From the NCBI GenBank assembly GCA_038213435.1, contig JBBQTI010000019.1, positions 659 to 64,658 on the forward strand: 64,000 nt of DNA, read 5' to 3'. Each line of letters begins with the position of its first letter. Position 1 is the first letter of the stretch. Position numbers and translations under genes: made by a program. Below, piece by piece: positions 18,290 to 28,301 of this stretch. The stretch comes from Acidimicrobiia bacterium (lineage in GTDB: Bacteria; Actinomycetota; Acidimicrobiia; IMCC26256; PALSA-610). The notes under the pieces were generated by a model. That model saw only the letters and a program-made list of their open reading frames with translations, made no database searches and was not told where the DNA came from.

Positions 18290-18800
18290 AGATCTCGAAG
18301 ACCCCCGTCGGCAGGAGCCACCCTTCGTTCTGGGTGAGCGAGAGATGCTCGACGCCTGGCTCGAGTATCACCGCACCACACTGCTTCTCAAGTGCGAAGG
18401 ACTCGACGACGCCGACCGGAAGAGCCGGCCCGTGCTCACCTCCAAGCTGTCGCTCCATGGTCTGGTGCGCCACGTGGCCGAGGTCGAGCGGAACTGGTTC
18501 CGTCGCGTGCTACTTCGCGAGCCGGGAGCGCCGCCGATCTGGTACGACCCTGCGATCGAGGACAGCGAGCTCGTCCCCCTCGACGACGCCGACTGGGAAG
18601 CAGATCTCGCGGCCTGGCACGGCGAGTGCGACGCCAGTCGCGCGGCAGCTGCGGCGCACGAGCTGGACGACACCGGTCTACGACACGGAGAGCCGTGCTC
18701 GTTGCGCTGGATCTACGTGCACATGATCGAGGAGTACGCGCGCCACAACGGGCACGCCGACATCATCCGCGAGCTGACCGACGGAGCTGTCGGCTGGTAG
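18261..18800 (+). CDS. DinB/DUF664 (mycothiol-transferase-like) family protein
   Basis: 179 aa. Pattern WLEYHRTTLLLKCEGL...HGLVRHVAEVERNWF...HMIEEYARHNGHADIIRE. Confidence 0.85.
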   Translation: MNRAEHRMVEDLEDPRRQEPPFVLGEREMLDAWLEYHRTTLLLKCEGLDDADRKSRPVLTSKLSLHGLVRHVAEVERNWFRRVLLREPGAPPIWYDPAIEDSELVPLDDADWEADLAAWHGECDASRAAAAAHELDDTGLRHGEPCSLRWIYVHMIEEYARHNGHADIIRELTDGAVGW

Positions 18801-19677
18801 CGGACGACCACGGGAGCGCGTCGAGATCCACGTTGCCGCCCGAGCAGATGATCCCGACGCGCGCGCCGTCGAGCCTCGCGGCGTACGCGGCCGCGAACGC
18901 GACCGCGGCACTCGGCTCGATCACTTGCTTCGTCCGCTCCCACACGACGCGCATCGCCTCGACGATGGCCGCTTCGTCGACGACGATCTGCTCGACGTCG
19001 TGTTCGTCCAGGATCGCCTTCGTTCGGGCCGAACAGCCGGTCCGCAAACCGTCGGCGAGGGTGGACGCTCGATCGCGTGGCGTTCCGCCGATCACCCGTA
19101 TCGGCGCGACGGCCACGCATGTCCCCGAGCACAACCCGCCACCGCCGATCGGCGTCACGACGACGTCGAGGTCGGGGATCTCTTGCGTCAACTCGAGCGC
19201 GGCGGTGCCCGCGCCCGCGATCACGCGTTCGTCGTCGAAGGGATGGATCTCGACCGCGCCCGTGCGATCGAGCACCTCGCCGAGCGCCGCTCGGCGCGCG
19301 TCGAGGCTGTTGTCGCACAAGGTGATTTCCGCGCCGTAGCGCTGCACCGCGGCGCGCTTCGCGGTCGACGCGTTCTTCGGCATCACGACGTAGGCCGGTA
19401 TGCCACGCGCCTCGGCTGCGAGCGCGAGCGCGGCGGCATGATTGCCCGACGAGTGCGCGGCGACGCCTCGACGCGCGCCGGCTTCGGTGAGCAACTGCAC
19501 TGCGTTGGTTGCGCCGCGGTACTTGAACGCACCGGCGCGTTGCAGGTGCTCCGCCTTGACGAACACATGCGCGTCGACCCAGTCGTCGAGCGAGCGCGAA
19601 CGGAGCACGGGCGTGCGTTGCACGAACGGGGCGATGCGTGCCGCGGCCTCGTCGACGTGCGCCCGGTCGACGCTCAC
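18763..19677 (-). CDS. PLP-dependent threonine/serine dehydratase family enzyme
   Basis: 304 aa. PLP-lysine context AGAFKYRGA, then SSGNHAAALA, and the glycine loop PIGGGGL. The 3' end overlaps the DinB gene by 38 nt. Confidence 0.85.
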   Translation of the reverse strand: MSVDRAHVDEAAARIAPFVQRTPVLRSRSLDDWVDAHVFVKAEHLQRAGAFKYRGATNAVQLLTEAGARRGVAAHSSGNHAAALALAAEARGIPAYVVMPKNASTAKRAAVQRYGAEITLCDNSLDARRAALGEVLDRTGAVEIHPFDDERVIAGAGTAALELTQEIPDLDVVVTPIGGGGLCSGTCVAVAPIRVIGGTPRDRASTLADGLRTGCSARTKAILDEHDVEQIVVDEAAIVEAMRVVWERTKQVIEPSAAVAFAAAYAARLDGARVGIICSGGNVDLDALPWSSATSRQLRRSARG

Positions 19678-19681
19678 GTGT

Positions 19682-20647
19682 CTAGTAGCCCGCGGGGAGT
19701 GCGCGTTCCAGGTAGACGTAGAATGGGAACAACGCGACGAGGAACGGCAGGACGCCGGTCAGCCAGGTGAGCGGGTGCCGCCAGCGGCGGAACATCCACC
19801 ACCACCCGAGCCCCACGAGCACGGCGATGGTCCCCCAGGTGACGCTCGGAACGAGACTGCGGGTCTGGCCCGACAGCCCCTCGGCGAGGCCCGCTCGCTC
19901 CGTGACGCCCGCCTTGCCGGTGCCGAGGGTGGTAGCAGCTCGCGGCTTCGCCTTCGTCGGCTTCGCGCTCTTCGCCGGGACGAGCTTCGCCTTGACGACG
20001 ATGCGCTGTGCCGCGGAGCCTTTGGGATGGCACGCCGTGAGCGTCAGCTCCGGACCGGGCGTATTGCCGACGACCCAGACGTCGGTCGGTGCGACGGTGA
20101 ACCATGGCCGGGACACCTGGTAGTCGAAGGTGCCGGCGAACGTCTCGATGATGATGTCGTCGCCGGGCACGAGGTTGTCGAGGCCCCAGAACGGGTGCAG
20201 GTAGGTGGTGCGATGCCCGGCAATCGCGGCGTTGCCGATCGTTCCGGGCAGCGGCGTGCCCGGGTAATGACCCGGGCCTTTCTTCAGATCGTCTCTCGAC
20301 GTGCCCTCGACGAACAACATGTGCAGGTTGATGCGCGGGATCGTGATCCAGCCCTCGACGTCGCCATCGGCGGGCGTCGGGATCGGAGGCCGCGCGTCGG
20401 AGTAGGGGACGGTCGTCGTGGTCGGTCCGGGCTTGGGCGCGGGCTTCTTCACCGTCGTCGGGACCGGGCCGACGGTGTCGTTCTCCGCGGCGTACTGCTT
20501 CATCTCCTTTTGGAAGTTGTTCTCGAGATTTTCCTGGGCGCGAGCGGTGAAGATGCCCGTGCCCCACAGCTGATACACGACGAACAGCAGTATCAGGATC
20601 CCAAGGGTCACCAGCGTCCGGCCGATGCCCGCGATCGCACGTCGCAC
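19682..20647 (-). CDS. srtE: Class E sortase
   Basis: 321 aa. N-terminal TM, catalytic AGHRTT and LTLTACHP (TLxTC), and a C-terminal membrane segment. Confidence 0.8.
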   Translation of the reverse strand: MRRAIAGIGRTLVTLGILILLFVVYQLWGTGIFTARAQENLENNFQKEMKQYAAENDTVGPVPTTVKKPAPKPGPTTTTVPYSDARPPIPTPADGDVEGWITIPRINLHMLFVEGTSRDDLKKGPGHYPGTPLPGTIGNAAIAGHRTTYLHPFWGLDNLVPGDDIIIETFAGTFDYQVSRPWFTVAPTDVWVVGNTPGPELTLTACHPKGSAAQRIVVKAKLVPAKSAKPTKAKPRAATTLGTGKAGVTERAGLAEGLSGQTRSLVPSVTWGTIAVLVGLGWWWMFRRWRHPLTWLTGVLPFLVALFPFYVYLERALPAGY

Positions 20648-20767
20648 GCCGCTGATCGTACCGGCCGTGATGCGACGCTCGCGCGCGGTGGTCGGCCCGG
20701 TTCGCCGGGTTCGCCGACCTCTCCGTAAGCTTCATTCGTACCGCACCCCCGGTCCCCGGAGCTCTGG

Positions 20768-21457
20768 TTGCGCTGCGTACGCCTTCGGTCGGCCGTTTGC
20801 ATGCTCGGACGATTTCCCGCGCTCGCGGGCGCCGACCTCGAGGTCGAAACCGGAGAGGTCGTACTGCTCAGCGGACCGAACGGCGCCGGCAAGACCACGC
20901 TGTTGCGGCTGTGTGCGGGTCTCTTGCCGCTGCGCGCGGGAGAGGCTGAGGTGCTCGGCGTGGACCTGGCGGTAGAGCCACGTCGCGTTCGCCGCGCGGT
21001 CGCCCTCGTGGGTCACGAGACGTTTTGCTACGACGATCTCACTGTCGCCGAGAACGTCCGCTTCGTGGCTCGGGCGACCGGTCACCGCGCGGCTGATGCC
21101 GACGACGTGCTCGAACGAGTTGGTTTGCAACGGGTCGCGCACACTGCGCACGGCAGGTTGTCGCAGGGGCAGCGCCGGCGCTTGTCGCTGGCCAACGCGC
21201 TCGTCCGAAAGCCGCGCCTGCTGTTGCTCGACGAGCCGCACGCCGGCCTCGACGAACACGGTCGCGCGGTGTTGGCTGAGATCGTGCGCGCGACGCCCGC
21301 GGAGGGCCGCACGGTGATCTTGGCGTCGCACGAGCTCGATCTCGCCCGCAGGCTCGCGACGCGCGAGGTGCGCATCGTCGCCGGCCAGGTGCACGCGGTA
21401 CCTGCTGCCGGTCCGCCCGCGGATCCGGTCGTGGCCGAAGTCGAGGCGCGCGCATGA
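20768..21457 (+). CDS. ccmA: Heme exporter ATP-binding protein CcmA
   Basis: Walker A GPNGAGKTT, signature LSQGQRRRL, Walker B LLLLDEP. First gene of the ccm operon. Confidence 0.85.
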   Translation: MRCVRLRSAVCMLGRFPALAGADLEVETGEVVLLSGPNGAGKTTLLRLCAGLLPLRAGEAEVLGVDLAVEPRRVRRAVALVGHETFCYDDLTVAENVRFVARATGHRAADADDVLERVGLQRVAHTAHGRLSQGQRRRLSLANALVRKPRLLLLDEPHAGLDEHGRAVLAEIVRATPAEGRTVILASHELDLARRLATREVRIVAGQVHAVPAAGPPADPVVAEVEARA

Positions 21458-22128
21458 GCTTCCTGCGCGACGCCCTGCTCGTCGCCGGCAAGGATCTGCG
21501 CATCGAGCGCCGGTCGCGGGTCGCGCTCCAGCAGATCATCCCGTTCGGTGGCGTCGTCGTGATGCTGTTCGCGTTTGCGCTCGACTCCGACCGCACGCTG
21601 CTGCACCAAGCCGCGCCGGGACTGTTCTGGGCCGCGGTGCTCCTGGCCGTCGTGCTCGCGGTCGGGCGGTCGTTCGCGATCGAGGAAGCCAATCGCGCGC
21701 GCGACGGGCTGCGGTTGTCCGGTCTCGACGGCGGATCGATCTTCCTCGGCAAGGCCGCCGCGGTCGCGGTCGAGTTGTTCTTGCTCGAGGTGATCGTCGG
21801 CGCCGCCGTCGTCGTGTTGTACGACGTCTCCGTCCGGGGCGTGGTCGTGCTTCTCTGCGCGGCTGTCGCCGCCACCGTCGGGCTCGCGGCCACCGGTACC
21901 GTCTACGGCGTGCTGGCCGGAGGATTACGCGCCCGCGAGACGCTCGTGCCTCTGCTTGTGCTCCCGGCGGTCACTCCGGTGATGCTCGGCGCGACGCGTT
22001 CGTTCCAGGCGGCGCTCGACGGTATTCCCGGCGACGCGTGGCCTTGGGTGCAACTGCTCGCGGCGTTCGCGGTGCTGGCGGTAGCCGCGGGCACCGTCGC
22101 ATTCGGTCCGCTCCTGGAGGAAGCATGA
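21454..22128 (+). CDS. ccmB: Heme exporter membrane protein CcmB
   Basis: 224 aa polytopic protein. ATGA overlap with the ccmA stop. Operon position. Confidence 0.8.
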   Translation: MSFLRDALLVAGKDLRIERRSRVALQQIIPFGGVVVMLFAFALDSDRTLLHQAAPGLFWAAVLLAVVLAVGRSFAIEEANRARDGLRLSGLDGGSIFLGKAAAVAVELFLLEVIVGAAVVVLYDVSVRGVVVLLCAAVAATVGLAATGTVYGVLAGGLRARETLVPLLVLPAVTPVMLGATRSFQAALDGIPGDAWPWVQLLAAFAVLAVAAGTVAFGPLLEEA

Positions 22129-22847
22129 AGCGGCTCTTCCTCGCGACGACCGTCGTCGCCCTGGCCGTTACCGCCGTGTTCGCGTTGTGGATCACGCCGC
22201 CGCGCGCGGATCAAGGCTTCGACGCGGTGCGACTGCTCTATCTGCACGCGCCGACGGCGTGGATCGCGTATCTGGCCTTCGGTGTCACCGCGCTGGCGTC
22301 TCTGCTCTGGCTCTTGCCGCGCACGCGCAACACCACGTGGGACCTGCTCGCGGGCGCGTCGGCCGAGGTCGGCGTTGTGTTCACGGGGCTCACGCTCGTC
22401 CTCGGGTCACTCTGGGGCCGGCCGACATGGGGAACCTGGTGGGAGTGGGACGCGCGTCTCACCACCACCGCGATCCTCTTCTTCCTCTACCTCGGCTATC
22501 TCGCCCTGCGTCGCACGGGAACGACCGCCGACGAGCGCGGGAAGCGGAGCGCGATCGCCGCGCTGATCGCCTTCGCCGACGTTCCCGTGAGCTACCTGTC
22601 GGTGACCTGGTGGCAGACGCTGCATCAACAGGGCACCGTCTTCAACGAGCGGCTCAGCGTGAAGATCGACGGCTCGATGGCCTTCACCCTCGTCGCCGCG
22701 GTCGTCTCGTTCACCTTGCTCTACGGCTACCTCGTGCTCGAGCGCTTCGAGCTCGCGCAGCTCGAAGAGGGACGCGAGGCACGCGAGCTCGAGCGCGCGA
22801 TCGCCGACCGGGTCCGCGCCGAGCACGTAGAGGTCGCTCCGGTATGA
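22125..22847 (+). CDS. ccmC: Heme exporter/handling protein CcmC
   Basis: ORF 22038..22847 trimmed to ATG 22125 (ATGA overlap). WWD motif [16 protein letters not shown]. Confidence 0.9.
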   Translation: MKRLFLATTVVALAVTAVFALWITPPRADQGFDAVRLLYLHAPTAWIAYLAFGVTALASLLWLLPRTRNTTWDLLAGASAEVGVVFTGLTLVLGSLWGRPTWGTWWEWDARLTTTAILFFLYLGYLALRRTGTTADERGKRSAIAALIAFADVPVSYLSVTWWQTLHQQGTVFNERLSVKIDGSMAFTLVAAVVSFTLLYGYLVLERFELAQLEEGREARELERAIADRVRAEHVEVAPV

Positions 22848-22975
22848 GTCACAACTGGGGGTTCGTGGCCGCGGGCTACTCGATCACCACGGCCGCGCTC
22901 GTGGGCTACTTCGTGTGGGTACGGTTGCGCACCCGACACTTACGGCGAACGCTTCACGACGAGAACCGTGACTGA
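22844..22975 (+). CDS. ccmD: CcmD-like small membrane protein
   Basis: 43 aa: [37 protein letters not shown] overlap with the ccmC stop. Size and position match CcmD. Confidence 0.6.
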   Translation: MSHNWGFVAAGYSITTAALVGYFVWVRLRTRHLRRTLHDENRD

Positions 22976-23429
22976 ACCGCTGGCGCCGGCTCCGCCCCGC
23001 AAGAGCAACCGTTTGCGGTACACGATCGTCGCAGTTTTGTGCGTCGGCGCTGTGGCATGGATGCTCGTACTGATGCAGAAGAACGTCGTTTTCTTCAAGA
23101 CGATCTCGCAAGCGGTGCGTGACGAGCCGCGCGACGGTATGCGTACGATGCGGATCGGCGGGGGTGTGCTCCCGCTCAGTATTCAGCAGCATTCCGACGG
23201 CGCCGACTTCGACCTCACCGAAGGCGGGGTCACAGTGCACGTCCACCACATTGGCAACGAGCCCGAGCTCTTCAAGGATTGCGCGCCGGTTGTTGCCGAG
23301 GGTCACTGGAGCGCGCCCGGCTCGACAACGTTCGATTCGGCGCGCCTGCTGATCAAGCACGGCGCCGACTACAGGCCGCCCAAGACCGGCACCCAGTGTC
23401 CGCCGGACCCGATCGGCCGCGGCAGTTGA
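22968..23429 (+). CDS. ccmE: Cytochrome c-type biogenesis heme chaperone CcmE
   Basis: 153 aa. N-terminal anchor and OB-fold-type region. A candidate heme-binding His sits in LLIKHGADYRPP, in place of the usual HDENY. Confidence 0.85.
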   Translation: MTEPLAPAPPRKSNRLRYTIVAVLCVGAVAWMLVLMQKNVVFFKTISQAVRDEPRDGMRTMRIGGGVLPLSIQQHSDGADFDLTEGGVTVHVHHIGNEPELFKDCAPVVAEGHWSAPGSTTFDSARLLIKHGADYRPPKTGTQCPPDPIGRGS

Positions 23430-25438
23430 GAGCACAGCTCGGCTTCGGCCTGCTCACGATCGGTACCGTCGCTTGCGCCCTCGGCCTCGCCACGCTTGCG
23501 ACCGGCCTCGCGACGCGGCGTCGCGCGCTGCTCGAGCTCGGCCGGCGCTACGTCGCGGTGGTACTCGTCGCCGTTGTCGGCGCGTTCGTCGTCATGGAGA
23601 CGGCGTTGTTCGGCCACGACTACTCGATCAAGTACGTCGCCGACAACGTCGCGCGAGCGACGCCCGGTCTCTACACGTTCACCGCGGCCTGGGGCGCGCT
23701 CGAGGGTTCGATCCTCTTGTGGGCGCTCTTGCTGTCGGTCTACGTGGCCGTCACCACGTGGCGATTCCGGAACCGCTCCGACGACCCGCTCGTCGCCTGG
23801 GCGACCCTGGTGCAGTACGCGGTGCTGCTCTTCTTCTTCGCCCTGATGCTCTTCGCTGCCAACCCGTTCAAGGTCCAGCCCGGCTCGGTGCCGTTCGACG
23901 GTGCCGGTCCGAATCCATTGCTTCAGAACCATCCGCTCGTCGCGATCCACCCGCCGTTCCTCTACACGGGATACGTCGGCTTCGCGATCCCGTTCTCGTT
24001 CGCGCTCGCCGCGCTGATCACGGGCCGGTTCGGCGAGGGCTGGCTCGCGGCGGTGCGGCGCACCACGCTCATCTCATGGGGTTTCCTCACCGTCGGCATC
24101 GTGTTGGGCGCGTGGTGGAGCTATTCGGTACTCGGCTGGGGCGGCTACTGGGGTTGGGACCCCGTCGAGAACGCGTCGCTGCTGCCGTGGCTGACCGCAA
24201 CTGCGTTCATCCACTCGGTGATGGTGCAGGAGCGCCGGGGGATGCTGCGGGTCTGGAACCTGTCGCTGGTCCTCGCGACGTTCTGCCTCACGATCCTCGG
24301 CACCTTCCTGACCCGTTCGGGCGTCATCAACTCGGTGCACGCGTTCTCGCAGTCGAGCATCGGGCCGTGGTTGTTGACGTTCCTCGGCGTGTGCGCGTTC
24401 GGGAGCGTCGGACTGGTCGCGTGGCGGGGCGACAAGCTCCGTTCACCGGGCCGCATCGACTCCGCCGTCTCACGCGAAGCGGCGTTTCTGTTGAACAATT
24501 TGCTGTTCGCCGGGTTCGCGCTCGTCGTGCTCACCGGGACCGTGTTCCCGCTGCTGGTCGAGGCATTGCAGAACAAGCAGGTCACGGTGGGGGAGCCGTA
24601 CTTCACGCGCCTCGGTGTGCCGATCGGCATTGCGCTGCTGTTCCTCATGTCGGTCGGGCCGGCGTTGCCCTGGCGGGCGGCGAGCGGGGAGTTGCTGCGC
24701 GACCGTCTGTTGATCCCGGCGTGGGCCGGGGCCGTCACGCTGGTGATCGCGCTGGTTGCCGGCGCGCACGGCGTCGCCAACGTCGGCGCCTTCGCCCTCG
24801 GCGCGTTCGCGCTCGCGAGTATCGGTCGTTCGGTCGTAGTGGGGATCCGGGCCCGGAAGCGTGCGACCTCCGAGGCGCTTCGAGTTGCCGCGGCGCGCAC
24901 CGTGCGCTCCAAGCCGCGGTTGTACGGCGGTCTGCTCGTGCACGCCGGCGTTGTCGTGGTTGCGATCGCGCTGGCGACGACCGGCGGCTACACGACGAAG
25001 CGCGAGGTGCAGCTCTCACCGGGCGAGTCGGCGCGCGTTCGCGGCTACACCGTGACCTACCTCGCCCGCGAGGTGTCCCAGTCGGCTCAGAAGACCACGA
25101 TCAAGGCGCGCGTGAAGGTCAGTGGCGTCGGGGAGCTCGCGCCCGCGATCTCCTCGTTCCCCAATGCGGCCGAGGGCATCGGCACCCCCTCGATCCACAC
25201 CACTCCATGGCGCGACTTCTACCTGACGCTCATCTCGTCTCCGACGTCGGGCCGCGTCACGATCGGCGTGCAGATCGGGACGATGGTGATGTGGCTCTGG
25301 ATCGGTGGTCTGATCATGGCGCTCGGCACCGCGCTCGCGCTCGTACCCGTGCGCAAGCGCGATGTGCTCGCGCGAAGGATCGCCGGCATGGCCGGTGACG
25401 ACTCGGCGCCGGTTCCGCTCGCCGAGGCTCGCACCTGA
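23426..25438 (+). CDS. ccmF: Cytochrome c heme lyase subunit CcmF
   Basis: ORF 23279..25438 trimmed to TTG 23426 (TTGA overlap). Large polytopic protein with WWD motif WGGYWGWDPVENASLLPWL. Confidence 0.9.
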   Translation: MRAQLGFGLLTIGTVACALGLATLATGLATRRRALLELGRRYVAVVLVAVVGAFVVMETALFGHDYSIKYVADNVARATPGLYTFTAAWGALEGSILLWALLLSVYVAVTTWRFRNRSDDPLVAWATLVQYAVLLFFFALMLFAANPFKVQPGSVPFDGAGPNPLLQNHPLVAIHPPFLYTGYVGFAIPFSFALAALITGRFGEGWLAAVRRTTLISWGFLTVGIVLGAWWSYSVLGWGGYWGWDPVENASLLPWLTATAFIHSVMVQERRGMLRVWNLSLVLATFCLTILGTFLTRSGVINSVHAFSQSSIGPWLLTFLGVCAFGSVGLVAWRGDKLRSPGRIDSAVSREAAFLLNNLLFAGFALVVLTGTVFPLLVEALQNKQVTVGEPYFTRLGVPIGIALLFLMSVGPALPWRAASGELLRDRLLIPAWAGAVTLVIALVAGAHGVANVGAFALGAFALASIGRSVVVGIRARKRATSEALRVAAARTVRSKPRLYGGLLVHAGVVVVAIALATTGGYTTKREVQLSPGESARVRGYTVTYLAREVSQSAQKTTIKARVKVSGVGELAPAISSFPNAAEGIGTPSIHTTPWRDFYLTLISSPTSGRVTIGVQIGTMVMWLWIGGLIMALGTALALVPVRKRDVLARRIAGMAGDDSAPVPLAEART

Positions 25439-25983
25439 TGCCATTTCCCATTCGGTGGGTCGCGCTCGGGGTCGCCGTCGTGCTGGTCGTCTTCGGGGTG
25501 GTGCTCGCCGTGCAGACCCGTTCCGAGCCTTCCGTGCCGCGCCTCGTGGTCGAACATGCGACGGTGCCGAGCTTCAGCCTGAAGAGCCTCGAGGGCAAGC
25601 CCGTCACCTCTGCGGGGATGAGGAACAAGACCTTCGTCGTCAACTTCTTCAACAGCTGGTGCATCCCGTGCCGGCAAGAGACTCCCGCGCTGAAGGCGTT
25701 CTACGCCGAGCACAAGTCGGAGGCCGACTTCGCGATGATCGGGATCATCATCGACGACGACGCCTCGACGATACGTGGCTACGTCAAGGAACAAGCCATC
25801 ACGTGGCCGGTTGCGGTCGACCCGAGCGGCAGTGCGTCCCTCGATTTCGGTACCACCGGCCAGCCGGAGACCTACGTCTTCTCGCCCGACGGTGTCGCGG
25901 TGTGCGGCCGGCTCGGTGCATCGAGCCAGGCGGTGCTCGACGCGTGGCTCCGGGGAGCGCGCAACGGTCAAGAATGCACGTGA
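25438..25983 (+). CDS. ccmG: Thiol:disulfide oxidoreductase CcmG/DsbE (TlpA family)
   Basis: 181 aa. N-terminal anchor. Thioredoxin motif WCIPC. Confidence 0.85.
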   Translation: MPFPIRWVALGVAVVLVVFGVVLAVQTRSEPSVPRLVVEHATVPSFSLKSLEGKPVTSAGMRNKTFVVNFFNSWCIPCRQETPALKAFYAEHKSEADFAMIGIIIDDDASTIRGYVKEQAITWPVAVDPSGSASLDFGTTGQPETYVFSPDGVAVCGRLGASSQAVLDAWLRGARNGQECT

Positions 25984-25996
25984 GCCAGATCCGCAG

Positions 25997-26479
25997 ATGA
26001 GGTCGCGCAAGCTCGGGCCGTGGATCGCGATCGCGATCGTCGTGATCGTGGGAATCGGCGTACTGGTGGTCCGTTCCCGGCCCGACAGCTCGCCCGCGGC
26101 CCGGGCGCGACGGCTCGAGCATCAACTCGCGTGTCCGGTGTGCGAGGGCCAGTCGATCGCAGACAGCAACGCGCCACAGTCCCGCGCCATCCGTGACGAC
26201 ATCCCGCGCCGGATCGCCGCCGGCCAATCGGACGCGGAAATCCGCGCGTACTACGTCTCGAGATACACCGAGCGAATCCTCGAAACACCTTCGAATTCGG
26301 GTCTCGGCATCGTGGCCTGGGGTCTGCCCGCCCTGGCGGTCATCCTGGGGTCGGTGAGCATCGTCATCGCGGTGCGCAGGTGGAGCCGGACGCCGCGCCT
26401 GACGCCAACCGACCTGGACGAGGAAATCGTCCGCCGGGCACGCGAGGACGTGGGCGACGAGAACGAGGACGGCGGATGA
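25997..26479 (+). CDS. ccmH: Cytochrome c-type biogenesis protein CcmH/NrfF
   Basis: ORF 25775..26479 trimmed to ATG 25997. Motif LACPVCEGQSIADSNA (the LRCxxC equivalent) and a C-terminal TM. Confidence 0.8.
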   Translation: MRSRKLGPWIAIAIVVIVGIGVLVVRSRPDSSPAARARRLEHQLACPVCEGQSIADSNAPQSRAIRDDIPRRIAAGQSDAEIRAYYVSRYTERILETPSNSGLGIVAWGLPALAVILGSVSIVIAVRRWSRTPRLTPTDLDEEIVRRAREDVGDENEDGG

Positions 26480-27312
26480 GTGACGACCTCGAGGCCGAGC
26501 GCGACTTCCTCCTGCGTTCGCTCGAGGACCTCGACTCCGAGCTCGCCAGCGGCAACATCGATCCCGACACCTATCGCGTGCTGCACGACGACTACACGGC
26601 ACGCGCCTCGGCGGTAATCCAGTCGATTGCCGACGGAGTGGAGCGCCGGTCGCCCGCCGGACCGCGCGTTCCGCCGGCGATGCGTGTGCTCACGCTCGGA
26701 GGCATCGTCGTCTTCGCTGTGGTCGCGGCGATCCTGCTCGCGCACGCGATCGGTCAGCGGCGTCCAGGGCAACAGATCACGGGCGACGCGCAGTCGAGCG
26801 GTTCGTCGACAACTGCGTCGCCCGCCAATGTGGCGACCGCGGCCAAGGCGGCGGCCGCCGCGCAGCCGAAGAGCTACGACGCGCGCGTCCGTTACGCTCG
26901 CGCGCTCGTGTCGGCCGGCGCGTTGCCGGCTGCGATAGAAGAGTATGTGGCGGCGTCGAAGCTCGACCCGACTCGAGCCGAGCCGCTCGCGTACGCGGGA
27001 TGGCTCACGGCGCTCGTCGCCCGACAGGTGACGGCGCCGGCGACGAAGAAGGAGCTCCTCGACGCCGCGGCCACCAGTCTCGACCGGGCGATCTCGGTCG
27101 ATCCGACCTACCCTGACTCGTATGTCTTCAAGGGTCTGCTTCTGTCGCAGATCGAGAACAAGCAATGCGCGGGCGCCGTCGCGTTGCAGCAGTTCCTCGT
27201 AACCGCGCCGGCCGACCATCCGATGCGTCAAGGGGTTCTGTCCGCGTTGTCGCAGGCCGTGAAGGCCGGCGAGTGTCCCGCACCGAACAGCACACCAACC
27301 ACCAAGCCGTAA
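26476..27312 (+). CDS. TPR-containing CcmI-like cytochrome c biogenesis factor
   Basis: ORF 26380..27312 trimmed to ATG 26476 (ATGA overlap with ccmH). One TM, then TPR-like repeats. Operon position. Confidence 0.6.
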   Translation: MSDDLEAERDFLLRSLEDLDSELASGNIDPDTYRVLHDDYTARASAVIQSIADGVERRSPAGPRVPPAMRVLTLGGIVVFAVVAAILLAHAIGQRRPGQQITGDAQSSGSSTTASPANVATAAKAAAAAQPKSYDARVRYARALVSAGALPAAIEEYVAASKLDPTRAEPLAYAGWLTALVARQVTAPATKKELLDAAATSLDRAISVDPTYPDSYVFKGLLLSQIENKQCAGAVALQQFLVTAPADHPMRQGVLSALSQAVKAGECPAPNSTPTTKP

Positions 27313-27322
27313 GGAGCCCGTC

Positions 27323-27802
27323 GTGGCCGCCAAGAAGTCGCCCGAACCGCAGACCGACGAGACGAAGATCTACCGGGTCAGGATCACGACCGATCGTGGT
27401 TCGATCGTGATGGATCTCGATCCGCAGCTCGCGCCGAACACCGTCAACAACTTCATCGGCCTCGCGCGTCAGGGTTACTACGACTCGCTCACGTTCCACC
27501 GGGTCGTCCCGGAGTTCGTGATCCAGGGCGGCTGCCCGGAGGGCAGCGGTCGAGGCGGGCCTGGCTACAAGTTCGCCGACGAGCCGGTCAAAGGCGAATA
27601 CACGCTCGGCGCGGTCGCGATGGCGAACTCCGGGCCGGACACCAACGGATCACAGTTCTTCATCTGTATCGACGACTGCACGCGCAAGCTCACGCCGAAC
27701 TACAACCTGTTCGGCCACGTCGTCGACGGCATCGACGTCGCCCAGACGACGAAGGTGGGCGACGTGATGAGGAAGATCGAGATCGAGGAGCGCGATCGCT
27801 AG
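27323..27802 (+). CDS. Cyclophilin-type peptidyl-prolyl cis-trans isomerase
   Basis: 159 aa. FHRVVPEFVIQGG, MANSGPDTNGSQFFI. Confidence 0.95.
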   Translation: MAAKKSPEPQTDETKIYRVRITTDRGSIVMDLDPQLAPNTVNNFIGLARQGYYDSLTFHRVVPEFVIQGGCPEGSGRGGPGYKFADEPVKGEYTLGAVAMANSGPDTNGSQFFICIDDCTRKLTPNYNLFGHVVDGIDVAQTTKVGDVMRKIEIEERDR

Positions 27803-27839
27803 CCCGTGGTCCCAATGCCGGATCGGTAAGAATCCCCCC

Positions 27840-28301
27840 GTGCGGATCACAGCAAAGGCCGACTACGCGGTTCGGGCTGCCGTCGAGCTCGCGGCGGCCG
27901 AGAAAACGGGCGAACCGGTCAAGGGCGAGAACCTTGCCCGGCTCCAGGGCATCCCGCAGAACTTCCTCGAGAACATCCTCACCGAGTTGCGCCGATCGGG
28001 CATCGTCCGCACGCGCCGGGGCGCCCTCGGCGGCTACCAGCTCGCCCGGCCGGCGGCCGACATCACCGTCGCCGATGTGCTGCGAGCGGTGGAGGGCCCG
28101 CTGGCTGCGGTCCAAGGTGTCCGACCCGACGAGCTCTCCTACGGCGGCGCGGCCGAGCGTCTCCCCGAGGTGTGGGTCGCGTTGCGGGCGAGTCTCAGAG
28201 ACGTGCTCGAGCACGTCACCCTCGCCGACATTGCCCGGGGTCGTCTCCCGTCGGTCGTGAAGGAACGGACGCGTACAAAGGACGCGTGGCGAGCACACTA
28301 G
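27840..28301 (+). CDS. Rrf2-family transcriptional regulator
   Basis: 153 aa: MRITAKADYAVRAAVELA...LRRSGIVRTRRGALGGYQLA. No cysteine triad is visible. Confidence 0.9.
   Translation: MRITAKADYAVRAAVELAAAEKTGEPVKGENLARLQGIPQNFLENILTELRRSGIVRTRRGALGGYQLARPAADITVADVLRAVEGPLAAVQGVRPDELSYGGAAERLPEVWVALRASLRDVLEHVTLADIARGRLPSVVKERTRTKDAWRAH

Noticed and set aside
19442-20735. Long ORFs 19442..20728 (+) and 19674..20735 (-) over the sortase locus
   Set aside because: Both are alternative-frame or antisense readings of the class E sortase gene. Only the 19682..20647 frame gives a TM anchor and the TLxTC catalytic motif.
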